Positions 25,201 to 36,300 of a stretch of DNA of 64,000 nucleotides are shown piece after piece (the stretch's first letter is position 1; every line of letters begins with the position of its first letter). The stretch lies in contig JAYWIR010000018.1 in NCBI GenBank assembly GCA_036172245.1, forward strand, positions 1,984,001 to 2,048,000, in the 5' to 3' direction. The position numbers were made by a program, and so were the translations under genes. The notes below the pieces were generated by a model. The model ran no database searches. It saw only the letters and a list, made by a program, of their open reading frames with translations, and was not told where the DNA came from. The DNA is from Raillietiella orientalis. Lineage: Eukaryota.

Positions 25201-28200
25201 CCCAAGGAGGAAGGGGCCCAGGGGAAGGAGAGCAAGCAGGAGGTCTTCCCCTCATTCTCTTTTCCTTCTTCCAGCCTGCGGCGGATCCTGGAAGAGCGGC
25301 AGGACCGCGAGGCACGAACCGGGAGGGACAGGGTAGGCAGCTTCCTCTCCCCCCTCCTTGCTCCTTCGACGGTAGGATAGAGCCTGAGGGGAGGAAGTGA
25401 CTTTCTGGTCGCCGGAGCTTCGTGAAGGGAAACGCAGAACACCCTCCCTTCGGGAACACCCTCACTCGACTTCCTGGTTCCTCGGTCCGAAGGACAGAGG
25501 GCAAAGCAGCCTGAGGCGGAACCGCCCAAGCTGTCCTTGACGGGCAACGGGAACGCGCGCGCCTCGGTGCTGAAGCGGCGGCCCAGCATCTCGCCGCTCC
25601 TCCCCCTACCCTCTGCTTTCTTTTTCCCGTCTTGATCCCCTCCTCCCCCCAGTGCGTCCAGGGACCACAGGCGACGCACCCAGCAGTTACGGATGCCGCG
25701 ACGCATGGGCTCACGGGGTTGCCGCCTCAGGGCGGAGCTGTCGAGACCGCGAGAAGACCGAGAAAGCGGGGGACGAGGACGGGGACGGGCGCGAAGTCCC
25801 GCTTCGGCGCCGTTAACGGATCGCACGCGACAGGGGGAGCAACGATGCTAGCACGCGGACCATCCTCACTCGTGTGCCCGAAATTCGTGCAGTGCACGGG
25901 GAAGGGGGCGCGCACACCTTCCCCACCGACAATCCCGTCCCTCCTCTTCATCCTTTCCTCTCCCCACATGGGGCTCGATCCCCCACACCAGCGACAAGGA
26001 AGGAGGAGGGAGGGGGGAGAAGGAAAAAAAAAAGGAAGGAAGCCGCTCTCTCCTCATCTTTCCTTTGTTTTTCTGCCTTTCCACTCGATGACCCGCGCAA
26101 TCCCCATGGCCACGTACGTGATGGAATGCCCCATCATTGCAGGTTGCAGCGACGCTGCCAGGCGTTGCTGCAACCCGACTCCGCGGTGTGGCCTGCACCC
26201 GCGGCTGCCGTTGCGAGCGGCGAAGGTGGGTCCTCCTTCCACGCAGCCGCAGCCGGGAGATCTCACGTCCGCGTTCCCCCCCCCCTCCTCCTCCTGCTCC
26301 TTCTGCGTCGTCGCCGTCGTCCCGTCCAGGCTCTCCTCTCCCCCTCCCATCCCCTTGGTTCCAAGGCGGCCACGTGTGGCACCACAACAAATCACCGCTC
26401 GCGCGATTCGCTACTGTCCATTGTTTCTAGGAGCCGCCGTCTCCATTTCCACCAGAGGGAAAACGGTCCTTCGGCGTGAGCATGCTCCGTCCGCATCGAG
26501 TTTCAAGGAAGGAGGAGGGGGAGGGGGGGGGGGATTGGCGTTCGTTTCCTTTGCTTTCTTTGTTTGCTTTGCTTCTGCGCGTTTCGCTCGCGGGGGCGAA
26601 ACGAGCGCAACCGTCTCCGGGATACTCCGAAGAGTCTCGGCGCCCGTCAACGAGGGGAAGGAAAAACCGATTCCCGGTGAGCATTTTCTGCCTCCCTTAC
26701 GCTTCCCGGGGCAATCAAGCAGGAGGAGAAAGGGAGAAACGGGGTTGTTCACGACCCCTCCTCGCTTCGCTGATTGCCGGTTGCCACGGCTGCTCGCTGC
26801 TGATGCCATTGTTGCCCGCTCCCAATCGAGATCGCCACTGTTGATCCTCGCTACTTTCGTTGCCACGGGTGCCGACGCCACCGTCCAACCCTCGTCGGAG
26901 CGAAGGACGACGACGCCCACGATCAGCACAAAGAAATTCGTTCCGCCGCCAATGCAACGATCCTCAGCCCCCTCATTCTGCCTTCCCTCCTTCCTCCCCT
27001 TCGAGCCCCCGAGCTGGCCCGCTGGCGCGCGCCCGAGTCCGCGCGTATAACGAGACGCCCCCCCCGCCGTGCTCACGAAGGGGGCCGGAGGGGCGGAGGT
27101 CCTGCCGCGCGCGCTCATCACGCCGTAACTGCGGACGACCTGGAAGCGGAAGCGAAGGCAGACAGACAACAGCAGTCCAAGTCGTGTTGACCTGTCGACC
27201 GGGAGACACTGGTCGCGCGAAGCAGACCACGCCCTCGTAAGAGCCACGAGAGGAACGAAGTTGCTCGCGACGGCACACGGATGTCAGCGGAACGCGGGCG
27301 ATCGCGGGTCGGGGGGACGGGCTGCTTGGAGAAGCTGACCGGGACTCTGTGAGGAACGTCCCCCCTCCCCCTTCCTCTTTCTCCGGCGGTGAGAGTAAAG
27401 GGGAGTAGGGACAGCAGACAAGATGTGCTGAAGGGGGAAAGGGATTCCCCAAAGAGCTAGGGATCTTTCGGGAACGCTTGGGAGAGTTTGGAACAGCGAA
27501 GGAGAGGAGGAAAAGAGGCAGCCACTTTCGCTCCACGCTTTCGCGAACTTCCGTTTCTTTCTACACCGCCGGAATCCAGGGAAATGGGAGAAGCGCGGTG
27601 TGAAGAAAGGTGTTGGGTCTTGCGGGTGAAATCCACCTATCTCGGGAGCAGGCGTCCCACCTTTCAGCACACGATCTGGTTCGCACGCTATGCAGGAGAG
27701 GAACGAGGGGAAGATTCTCCAGAAAAACTCCTAAGGGGAATCTCAAGGTGAAGAACAGCAACACCAAGCAAAAAACAAACAAGCAAACAACATGAGAAGG
27801 GAAGGGGTGGAGAATCAGGAACACCTGGCAACCCTGCCGCGTCTTCGTCAGTTACCTCGGCTAGAGCTCAGTGGGGTTCGCTCGTTTCTCGGCACTTCTA
27901 AAGGCACTTGCGCTGTTTGCGTTCGGATCCGGGCCGGGCTCTTCGCGGAATGAAACGCTCTCCGAAGAGCTCTTCTTGAGGGGGCTGCTCCTCCCTTTCT
28001 TCCTCCTTCTCCTCCTCCTCTGCGGTAATGATGCAGATAGAGGAGGTGCGACTGCGCCATCGTCCTTCCTGAAGGCTGGAGGAGCGGTCGACTTCGATGC
28101 AAGCGCGCGTACTTCGCCCGACCGCAACCCCCTTGCCTCCTTGAAGGAGCCCCCATCGCCCTTGTCCCCCTTTCCCCCACCCCACTTTTCGAACCCGCCT

Positions 28201-31200
28201 TCTCAGGGGTCATCACTCACTCGGGGGTCCTGCGCGTCCCAATCCTCAGAGGACGCAGATGCCCCGCCCCTGACCTGAACGTGGCGGAGCTCACCGCTTC
28301 CTCCTCCATATTTTGCGGCCCCGTCGACGAAAAGGTGGGCGGGAGAGTCTTTCTGGAGGAGACTCTCTCGGGAGGGATCGCTCAGCCCTCTCCTAACCCC
28401 CAGATCACCGCTCGGTTTCGTGTGCTCCCCTCTCCCGTACCGTGGTTTCGCTTGGGAGCGGCTTGCGGAGATTTCCCGACGCTCCCAGCTACGCAGAGGA
28501 GAGTGCTGGACCCGCCGACCACAGTGGTGGCGCAGGGAGCGGTCGGCACCTCGTTACCACTGCGATCACCATGGCAGAGCCCAAGGGAATGGCCATGGAG
28601 GGCTCTCCGGTCTCTCCCGTTGGGGAGCACTCTGGAGCGGGGAAAGCACGGGTTCCTTCGAGTTTCAAGACCCGCAGCTTCCAGCGATGTGTGCGGCGGC
28701 ACAAACCCGGCGACCCCTCCGCACCGAACCCCCTGAGTAGGGTGGGTTCGGAGGGGTGGGAGAAAAAAGGGAAATATGGGATGGCTTTCGGGAGCCATCC
28801 TGTCCGACGTCCGGCTCGGTCCACCGACCCAGCCGGGGGCCTCACGCTCAGCGGGGCTTCCACCTCGGAACCGCCGCCTTACTTTCTGCCCGTTCCGAAG
28901 TGACGACCACGCCCTCTGGCCAACCTATGAGGTCTTACGACCGCGAGCAAGCGAGTCGACGGGGACACCCGAAGAGGGCTAAGGGACGTCTCCGTGGACT
29001 GAGAGGGTAGCACGGAGTCCCCCCAGCCGAGGCGTCGGCAGCGGCCTCTCCCTTCCCCCCGGAAGGCACCAGAACATCCCCTTCTCCTCCCCAGAAAGGA
29101 GGACGAGGGGGAGAGCGGACGATTCCCAACTCCCCAGGAGAGTGCCGCGGAAGGGCATCCACTCAGCTCCACGAGGACTGGGCCGGCACTCCCGGCAGCA
29201 GGAGTACCAGGTCCCTCTGGGAATGAGGACTCCCCTCCAGCGAGGTAGGTAGCTGAGGGAAGGAAGGGGGAGCAGCCCAGAAGCCCTTCCCTTCCAGGGC
29301 TTCCGAGCTCCTGTTCTCACTCACCCTCCTCCTCACGGCCGAGGCCCGCTAGGGACACCCTCAGAGGGTGCGGAAAAGGACGGGGTGAGAGAGGTGGAAG
29401 GTGGGGGGGTCAGGGAGAGGGAGAGGGAATCCGCCCACGGCGGCGAAGGAGCGAGCCCCTGGCCGACCCGGGTTCCCGGCACGGACTCCCCAACCCCAAA
29501 GGTGGTGGCGACGCTCATTCCCGGCCCTTCGAGTCCGCGCGCTCGCCGGCTCGGCGCCCGACGTTCACCCGGAAGGCAGGGGGGATCCCATGCCCCCCCT
29601 CCCTCCGTCCCCAAGGAGGGAAAGAGATGGCAGCCCGACAGAAGAACGGGAGGCGGCGCTGACCTTGGCGGAGCCGTCGTCGCGATCAGGGGGGGGGGAA
29701 GGGGAGGGGAGCGAGCGAGCGTCCCCAGTGCTTTCCTCCCTCCCTCCGCCTTCTCTCGCTCTTTTTGCCCGCATCCCGCCTCCTCTTCGCTCCGCCCAGC
29801 GACGGTGCTGTTACCCCACGCGTCCCTCGCGCAGGAAGGAGGAGTGAGTGAACCGTGGCAGAGACGCGCCCTCTCCCCCTTTCCCGCGTGAGGGGCACAC
29901 TCTCTCGGGCTGTTTGCAGAGTCCGGTAGGGCAAGCAGTTCGAATTTCGAGAGAGTGGACGGAAGCGCCCCCCCCCTTTCCTCGCTCTTCGAGAGGTCAC
30001 TTGGTTCGGGTCCTTCAAACCACCACGTCGTGCGCTCCGATTCCTCCCCTCTTCCCCCCCCTCTTTCTCATGCGTCGCCTTCGCGACGACGGGGACGCCA
30101 CGAGAGCGTGCGTCCCGGTTCTCCGCTCACGCGCTCCTCTTCCGTGCAAGCGCTGAGCTCAGGGGAGGAGATAACCACGAACGAGACCGCTGAGGGCCTG
30201 AGTAGCGTTGCCACGGCGACAGCCGGGAGAAGTGGGTGGTGGTGGTTTCCTCTTATCGGCGACACCCTCTTGCGCGGGTGCTCTCGTCTGCCCCGCCCAG
30301 TTCCGCCAGGCCTTCTCCTCCCCCTTATCTTATCACCCCTCCCCTTCTTCCCTCCCCTCCCCCCTCGAGCTCCCAGAGCTATAAATGGCCGCTGACGCAG
30401 CTGCAGGGAATGAGCGCGTCGCACTCGCGATGGACAATCTTCTGTGGGGCTGTCCGAGAGGATGCTGCTGCCTGCCCAAGAGACGAGATGGTGGACACTC
30501 GACCCAGCCCAGACGGAGAGAGAGGGAAGGGGAGGGGAAGGAAACGAGAAGGGGCTTGTTCGACCCCTCTCGAAGTCGAAAAACAGGTCGAAACATGCCC
30601 CTCGTCCCACGACCTTCCCCTCCCCCTTTGCACTGCCATCACCACCATCTACCCACACACACTCCGTTGCACGGGGAGATGTGCGCGCCGGATCTTCCGG
30701 GGGGCGGAGGGTGAGGCTGCTGCTCTTAGAGAACTCGAGCGTCACCTTTCGATCTCTGCATCTGCCTGCTGCGCACGCCTCTCTTGGCACCCGGAGGGAT
30801 TCTTTCCAGCTTCCCGTTGCCCGCCGCGGTTCCTACTTCATCCAAGTCGCTCGCGAGGCTGGGTGCTGCTGGAGGAGATCTGGGGGAGGGGGCAGGGAGG
30901 GTAGATGCTGGGAGCCGGGAACCGGCAGCACTCCTCGAGAGGCCCGTGGTGTCCCGGACGCTTCGCCTCCCCCTCTTCTCCCGATGAGACACTGCGGAAG
31001 TATGGCTGCAGCCCCGGAACAGGCGCGCGGCGGGTTAGCCGGAAGGGGAGGAGGAGGAACGCTCTCCCGACTCCATTTCGGATAGCAGGGGGAGGAGGGA
31101 TGAAGTGGAGGAGTCCCTAGAAAGGGAGTTGCCCACACAGCCGCTGCGCACCCTACCGAAGGGGACGGCTCGCTCCTTGACGCGGGGGACCGACCATAGG

Positions 31201-31871
31201 GAGCTCGGGGCACGTGTGAACCTCCAGAAGGGACGGTCTCTTCCCTTGTCCCCGCGACTCCCGACTCATCCCGGAAAGGGCAGGATGCACCTCCCCGGAA
31301 GTCGCGTTGCCACTGGTCAAAAAAAACGCTCTCCCGGTTGTCGCTATGAGCACGCTCCCCATTCCGCGGGTCTCTCCTTCTGTCCGTGGAGGTGCAAGGG
31401 TGGAGGCCGCCTCCGAGCGGGAGATTAGGGGGTGGAGTTGGGACAGGAACGACTATGGCATGCCGGCGTGATCGTGAGAGCGGCCTCCAGCCCGTGAATC
31501 ACCAACGAAACGGTGCGCGACCGTGGGGAAGACGCAGCTTCCGCTCCCCCTGCCCTTCCTTCCAGCCCGCGCTTGTCTTGCCCTCTGGGCGTCCCATGCG
31601 TGTGCTTGCTGCGGTTGTTCTTGTTTGTTTGTTTACCGTTGTGCAGCGGGAACTCCCTGGGATGCATCCCGCCGGGAATCACCGGGCCTCTCGCGCCGCC
31701 GTCCGCGGGCGCCGCAGACAGCCGTTGCGTCCCGTCTTCGGCCGCGTGGTTCTGCACGATCACCGACGACACCGTGGACATCTGGCAGGACGGCGCCACC
31801 AGAACGCTGGCGTATCCGGGGACCGCCGTCGCCGCCGCCGAAGCGGCGGCGGCGCACAGCTTTTCGTTCAT
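16279..31871 (-). CDS. HNF4: Hepatocyte nuclear factor 4 (NR2A) nuclear receptor (8 coding exons, about 596 aa as modelled)
   Basis: complement(join(16279..16739,16786..16905,16948..17089,17140..17289,17346..17461,24246..24340,24399..24870,31637..31871)). DBD reads [79 protein letters not shown] motifs are [66 protein letters not shown] and [10 protein letters not shown]. All junctions are GT-AG and in phase. The first exon is less certain than the others. Confidence 0.93.
18600..19285 (+). mobile_element. Degenerate LINE reverse-transcriptase and post-RT fragment inside an HNF4 intron
   Basis: Motifs occur in the expected order across frameshifts: VRETCPLA* (~VRQGCPLS, 18620), SG...NCKKC (~SGLxINxxKS, 18810-18842), PVGI*GLFLG (~KYLGIxLG, 18940-18970) and RGLG (~GGLG, 19230). 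Confidence 0.6.
19270..19880 (-). mobile_element. Degenerate LINE APE endonuclease fragment inside an HNF4 intron
   Basis: Ordered motifs [10 protein letters not shown] (~GGVAI), AVNLSATP (~NVYAP), ALFLG/D (~GDFN), VSAHR (~SDH) and [10 protein letters not shown] (~WKLNxxLL, typical just after the L1/Tx1 endonuclease). Confidence 0.65.
20639..20733. repeat. Inverted repeat / hairpin, 32-bp arms (31/32 complementary) with a 31-nt spacer
   Basis: 20639-20670 GAGGAGGAGCGTGACATTGCAACTCACCTCCT pairs with 20702-20733 AGGAGGTGAGTTGCAATGTCATGCTCCTCCTC. Confidence 0.95.
20830..21400 (-). mobile_element. Degenerate LINE ORF1 (gag-like) relics
   Basis: 20860-20910 resembles the 3160-3205 repeat (RQEPPT vs RREPPS). 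21200-21300 has remnants of Cys/His knuckles (RCFH...HL...CK*RG.HL). It lies upstream of the endonuclease relic on the same strand. Confidence 0.4.
23230..23660 (-). mobile_element. Highly degenerate LINE RT fragment
   Basis: Ordered remnants [23 protein letters not shown] (~LRQGxPLSP.LF) and TGLS/LNC*C (~SGLxLNxxKC). Confidence 0.4.
28570..28730 (+). mobile_element. Degenerate LINE ORF2 C-terminal zinc-finger region, in HNF4 intron 1
   Basis: [18 protein letters not shown]...[14 protein letters not shown] matches the zf-RVT pattern W+xL+xxLPxxxxL...CxxCG..ETxxH with two substitutions. Confidence 0.5.
30380..31290 (+). mobile_element. Degenerate LINE APE endonuclease, in HNF4 intron 1
   Basis: Ordered APE motifs across frameshifts: SCR/GM (~NxRGL, 30400), LLPAQET (~LQET, 30465-30485), GRRV...[14 protein letters not shown] (~GGDFN, 30870) and GTDHR (~SDH, 31190). 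Confidence 0.65.
31637..31871 (-). CDS. HNF4: Probable first coding exon of HNF4 (MNEKLCAAA...REFPLHN-G)
   Basis: ATG at 31871, 235-nt open frame ending AAC G|GTAAAC. This phase-1 donor matches the phase-1 acceptor at 24871 (CCCCCAG|GTACA). A pyrimidine tract plus AAG just upstream of the ATG may be an acceptor for a further 5' exon. Confidence 0.6.
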
Positions 31872-32478
31872 CTTTGGCGCGGAAGACAGCAGAGGGAAGA
31901 GGGAGTAGGGCGCTGGGGAGTTTTTCAGGAGGTCTGGAGTGGGTGCTAAGAAAATGAGGACGAGGGCGTTTCAGGATGGTGGCGTTGATGGCAGAGCGAC
32001 CACGACGGAGGCGAGGTTAAAGGGTGAGGAGGTAGGATCAGGCGAGGAGGGGCTGCAGGAAGACAAACACAGAGGAATGAGAGAGGAGGCGAAGAAACGG
32101 GAAGGAAAAAAGGAGAGGGGCAAGAGGAAGAAGAAAAGCAGGCAGGCAGGCAGGAGGAAGGAAAGAAAGAAAGAAGGAAAGAAAAAAAAGAATGAATAAA
32201 ATAAACCACGCACCACGGTGCGCGCAGTACAACACGCACGCACTCGGAGATCCGGAGGAAGGAGCGTTCCCCTCCTCACAGGGTCCAGAGGTCTTGGTCG
32301 CGATGACGCCAGCACCGACCGGGAGAAAAGGGAGGGGGGAAAAACCTGGTGGCCAAAGTGTGTTCCCGGATCCGCGATCGAACTTCCACCTCAGCTCGCC
32401 TTAACCTTTAGACTGGACTTTTCCAGGACTCGGAATCGGCAGCGATAACGGCCGCCACGTCACCAACGGGAGCTCCGC

Positions 32479-32526
32479 GTGTATGTGTGTGATGTGTGTG
32501 TGTGTGTGTGTGTGTATGTGTGTGTG
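32479..32526. repeat. (GT)n microsatellite upstream of HNF4
   Basis: Imperfect GT dinucleotide run, read directly. Confidence 0.9.
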
Positions 32527-32639
32527 TTTTTTTTTTCCTTTACGTCTTCTCTCTCCTGTTTTTTTTTTTTTTTATCTCGAGAGAGGACGGGAAACGGTTC
32601 GTCGTCGGTGGTACCGGGCGGGACGTCGGTGTCGCCCAC

Positions 32640-32657
32640 GAGAGAGAGAGAGAGAGA
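32640..32657. repeat. (GA)n microsatellite (GAGAG-type element) upstream of HNF4
   Basis: GAGAGAGAGAGAGAGAGA read directly. Any regulatory role is only inferred from its position. Confidence 0.85.
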
Positions 32658-33599
32658 TTTGTTTGTTCCCTCGGCTGCGGAGGCGGCGGCGACAGCCACC
32701 CCCCGAAGTGATAATATTTGCAGTGCTCGCGAGCGCGTCCGGGGCAGCAGCAGCAGCAGCAGGGGTTGCTGAGAGCGACGGGGGAGGTGGCGAGTGAAGG
32801 TGAGTGTGTCCGGAGAGCGCGGGAGGGAGAGGAGGAGGAGTGAATGGAGGAGCAGGGAGGAGCAGCAGCTCGCGCCTCCTCTCCACCCCAGAGGGAAAGG
32901 AGAAGGGCCAGCTCCTTATGCGGTGGTGGGAGGACCCGTTGGCAGCTCCCAGGGGAGGAGGATGGGAAACGGGAAGAGCGAAAGAGGCTTTCCCCTTGAA
33001 AACGGAGTGAAAGTGTACTTGCCCTGAAGGGGGAATGAGCTCCACTGACCAAAGCACGAGGCCTCCGAGACCATTCTTCTTAAAAGGGAAGGACCCGGGA
33101 GGCAAGTGAGCCCACGGAGGAGGACGTTGAGGGAAGGCCTACCGGAAACTGCTTGAGGGAGAGAAAGGGTGATATCATTGTCGATGTTCCACCCCCTTCT
33201 CCCCGCTTGGATGTTCCTACCCGGAAGCGCACAGGTGCCGCCCCTCCTGCACACTGGCAAGCGAAGGAAGAAGGAGAGAGCGTCTAAAGCTTCTTTTTTT
33301 TTCTCTCGTCCTCCCACGCCATCCTTGTCCGAGGAGCAGATCTCTGAAGGAGAGGAGGGAAAGAGAAAAGCTCGGGAGTCGGACTATGGAGCGGCTGTTC
33401 CTGCACCTGGAGACCCAGTTGCCCCGATGCCCTCTGCTCGCCCCCAAAACGACTGCAGTACGATCCGAGCAGATCGCAACATGGGGACCTCGCGGCAGCG
33501 TGCCATGACATGGTGGCACGCAGCAGCAGCGTTCCTTCCCGGTTTATCACCCGGTTGCTCCGTGGCGGCATTCCCTTGGGTAATGCGCTCCGGAACGGC

Positions 33600-34150
33600 G
33601 CCGCCGCCGCCGCCGCCATCGGATGCGCATCTGCAGCCGGTCGGTTGCCACACTGCTGGGCTGCGAGCCAGGCGTTCCTCTCGCACAGGAAGAACTCGCA
33701 AAGAGGGTGCCGCTCCAGACCTTCAAACTCTCGCGACTCTGGTTGCGACCTTCCCACAGCGACGAAGCAGGGCGCTCAGAGGCTCCAGATTCTATGATTG
33801 GCGCCGTTCTGGGACCACGGACGCCTTCCCGCGCGCCCTTCGTAAGTCGGAGGACGTAGCCCCAGCAACGGAGTGCAGGCAAAGGGGGAATTTTTATTCG
33901 CGAGCGTAGGGAGGATATCCTTCCTCCTCTCTCTCTCCCCCTTTCCTTCCCCCTTCTTTTCCGGGATAACTCGTGCGGGGAAGCATAGAGGGAAGACACC
34001 CCTCAACCGGAGTCGTCGCTGCTCCCAGACAGTGAAGCACGGCGCTTCCGGGTGCCTCCCCCCCCTTCGTTGCGACGGAAACCTGGTGGTTGGGGGCGCC
34101 CACGGAGCTGCAGCGAAGGCGTGTTCGATCCCTTCCGTAGCTGCTGATGA
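33600..34150 (+). mobile_element. Possible LINE ORF2 post-RT relic
   Basis: LQTFKLSRLW (~LSKLWY) and LPPLRCDGNLVV...AAAKA (~LPxxxGGLxVxD....KA) occur in the expected order. Weak. Confidence 0.3.
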
Positions 34151-35279
34151 AACCAGCGCCGCGCTCTTTCCGTTCCACGGGAAAAAGGGAAAAGAGAAGG
34201 AAAGTAGATGATCCCTTCCCTTTTTTCCTTCATTAGAGGCTCGTAGTTCTTTCTGGAAGTTCTCCCCGCTCTGCTCTACCCCCTTTGTCCCGGGCTCCGT
34301 GAAGTGGCGCTGGAAGCCGGAGGACAGAGATGGTGATGATCCTCGTGTTCCGTTGGCCAGCAGCGTGGCAGCACTTAGAGAGCTCAGCTATCGGCCTGAG
34401 TGGCAAAAGGAAGAGGAGGACGAAGAGGAAGAGGGACAGAGGGCGGGAATGCTGGTAGCGACCTGACCACTCCTCGTTCCTCTTCTTCCCCATGGGGCGG
34501 TCCCTCTGCCTCTCCCGTTGTCGTGTCTCCCCGGTATTTAGGTCAAACCTTTCGCAATCCCAAAGGGCAGAAGACACAAACACGGAAACTGCCTTCCTTT
34601 CCAGGATTCTGTGTGATCTTTTGCGAGGCTCCCTGCTCTTCATTGCCTCCGCTCTCGCTAGTCGCTTAGTTGAAGAGCGCCCGCCGCCTTTGCGGCCCTC
34701 GAGGGGCCAGCAGGCTGGACCCCATTGCATTTCCTGACGACTGATGGCGCCGGCCCTCAACGGAAGCCACCCCGTGAGAGATTCTCTCCGCTCCAGGGCA
34801 GGCTCGTGTGCGATCCTTCCTCACGACCTCCTTCCATCCACGTCTCCCTCCTTGCAAGTGGGAGGAAGTTGGCGGCAGCTGTACAGGTCAACGCAGGATG
34901 GGTTTTGGGGGAGGAAGGTCGCGTGCGCCGAAAGTTCCCCCTAGAGAGTACCCTGGAGGTTCCACCACGGTCATCTTCGGCTCCTTTGCTGAGCTGCCAA
35001 GTCTTCGGTCGGTGCACGCATGGAAGCCATAGATAAAAAGTCCCTTTTTGACACCCTAAGTGAAGGATACGCTCTGGATCACTCCAAACACCGGTTGTTC
35101 TGATCTCAGTTTCTGGGGAGGCACCCGTTCCTTTTTCCCGGGGGCATGCGTTCTTCCCTTTCCGCGATCGGAGTACTCAGTGCCGTCTCTCATCTTGTTT
35201 GCATCAGGCATCTCCCTGCTAAGGAAACGCCGGAAGGCGTTCCCATCCCTGGATCTCTATTTCTTTGCTCTTCACTAGC

Positions 35280-36300
35280 ATTACGGAACGGTGACGCTCG
35301 GAGCGACGCGGCTTTCCTTTTCAGTCCATCTTGTGGCATGCGAGTGCCACCCTGCTCGTTGCGTCTGGATAGCTCCGGAATGGAGGAGGCACTTCAGCCC
35401 TTGGAGCTGCATCCAGGAAATGAAGCACTCACGTGCTGCGTGTCCCGGGATTGCAGAAAGGATTCGAAGGAAACCCAGATGCTCCTTTCCTTTTCTGTGG
35501 TGCACGCCAGTTTCAGTAGGCTCCCTCCAATAGGTCAAGCGCGCGCACCCACGTGGGTCTCCCCTGGATGGTGTCTCAGTGGAGCCCTCAAAAGCCTCCT
35601 CCTCCTCCACCCGTCAGCGAAGCGTCCCATGGCTTCGCGTTTCCCTTCGCAGAGTCTCCGTTGTGGAAGAAATGAGGATTTTTCCGTGCGCCGCATTTGG
35701 GAAGGGAGGTTGGATGAAGTAAGGAAGCTGGCAGCATTCTGGAACTTGAGGGTCTTCTGGACCCTTCTGGGATCTTGGTGATCAGATCTTAAGAACGGCA
35801 GGGGAGCATCTGAGTTTCCAGGATCTCGTGGGGAGGATGCGCCCGCGGTGGGGGGGGAAGTCCTACATTCTTTCGGCAGGAGCTGCGAAAGTTATCTGTG
35901 GATCCTTCTTGCATGGATGCCCCATTGCTGGCTGGGCCCGAGTGTGCCAGCGGCAGCTACCGGCTTATCCTTCACACTCGCCCGCACACGCCTCCGCTCT
36001 CTGCCGCTTTGTCCTCCTGGTCTCGTATTCTTCAGCCTGACGTTACTTGCTGATGATGGTCAAGCCATCCCGCGGTGTGTGCTCCTCTGTCCTGGTTGGA
36101 GTCTCCTTGGCAAATGTTGAGGGACGACAGCTAAAGTCTGCAGGGCAGGAAGGAAATGTTAGGGGGCTGCTCCCAGGGACGCATGCCGCAGCCGATTATC
36201 CCAGGCGAGCGCCGAGAGAACTAGCAAGATGAGCCTGGTGTTGAGGGCACGAAGGCAGCAGCAGGAGGTCGGCTGAAAAGACAAAGGGGCAGGCCTGGAT
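35280..36300 (-). mobile_element. L1/Tx1-like LINE ORF2 C-terminal relic, third copy
   Basis: Colinear similarity to 8480-9260: LRALNTRL vs RTALETKF, a nucleotide-level match around 35960-36010 to 8985-9025 (VRAWAKIS segment), and SRVALACH/RWTEKES vs GNVTLGCKRCSERET. Confidence 0.55.

Noticed and set aside
21155..34760. Many overlapping 100-470 aa ORFs in all six frames (e.g. 23420-24655, 25632-27050, 21155-22324)
   Set aside because: Compositional artefacts of GC-rich DNA, or shadows of HNF4 exons and TE relics. Only the HNF4 exon portions are supported.
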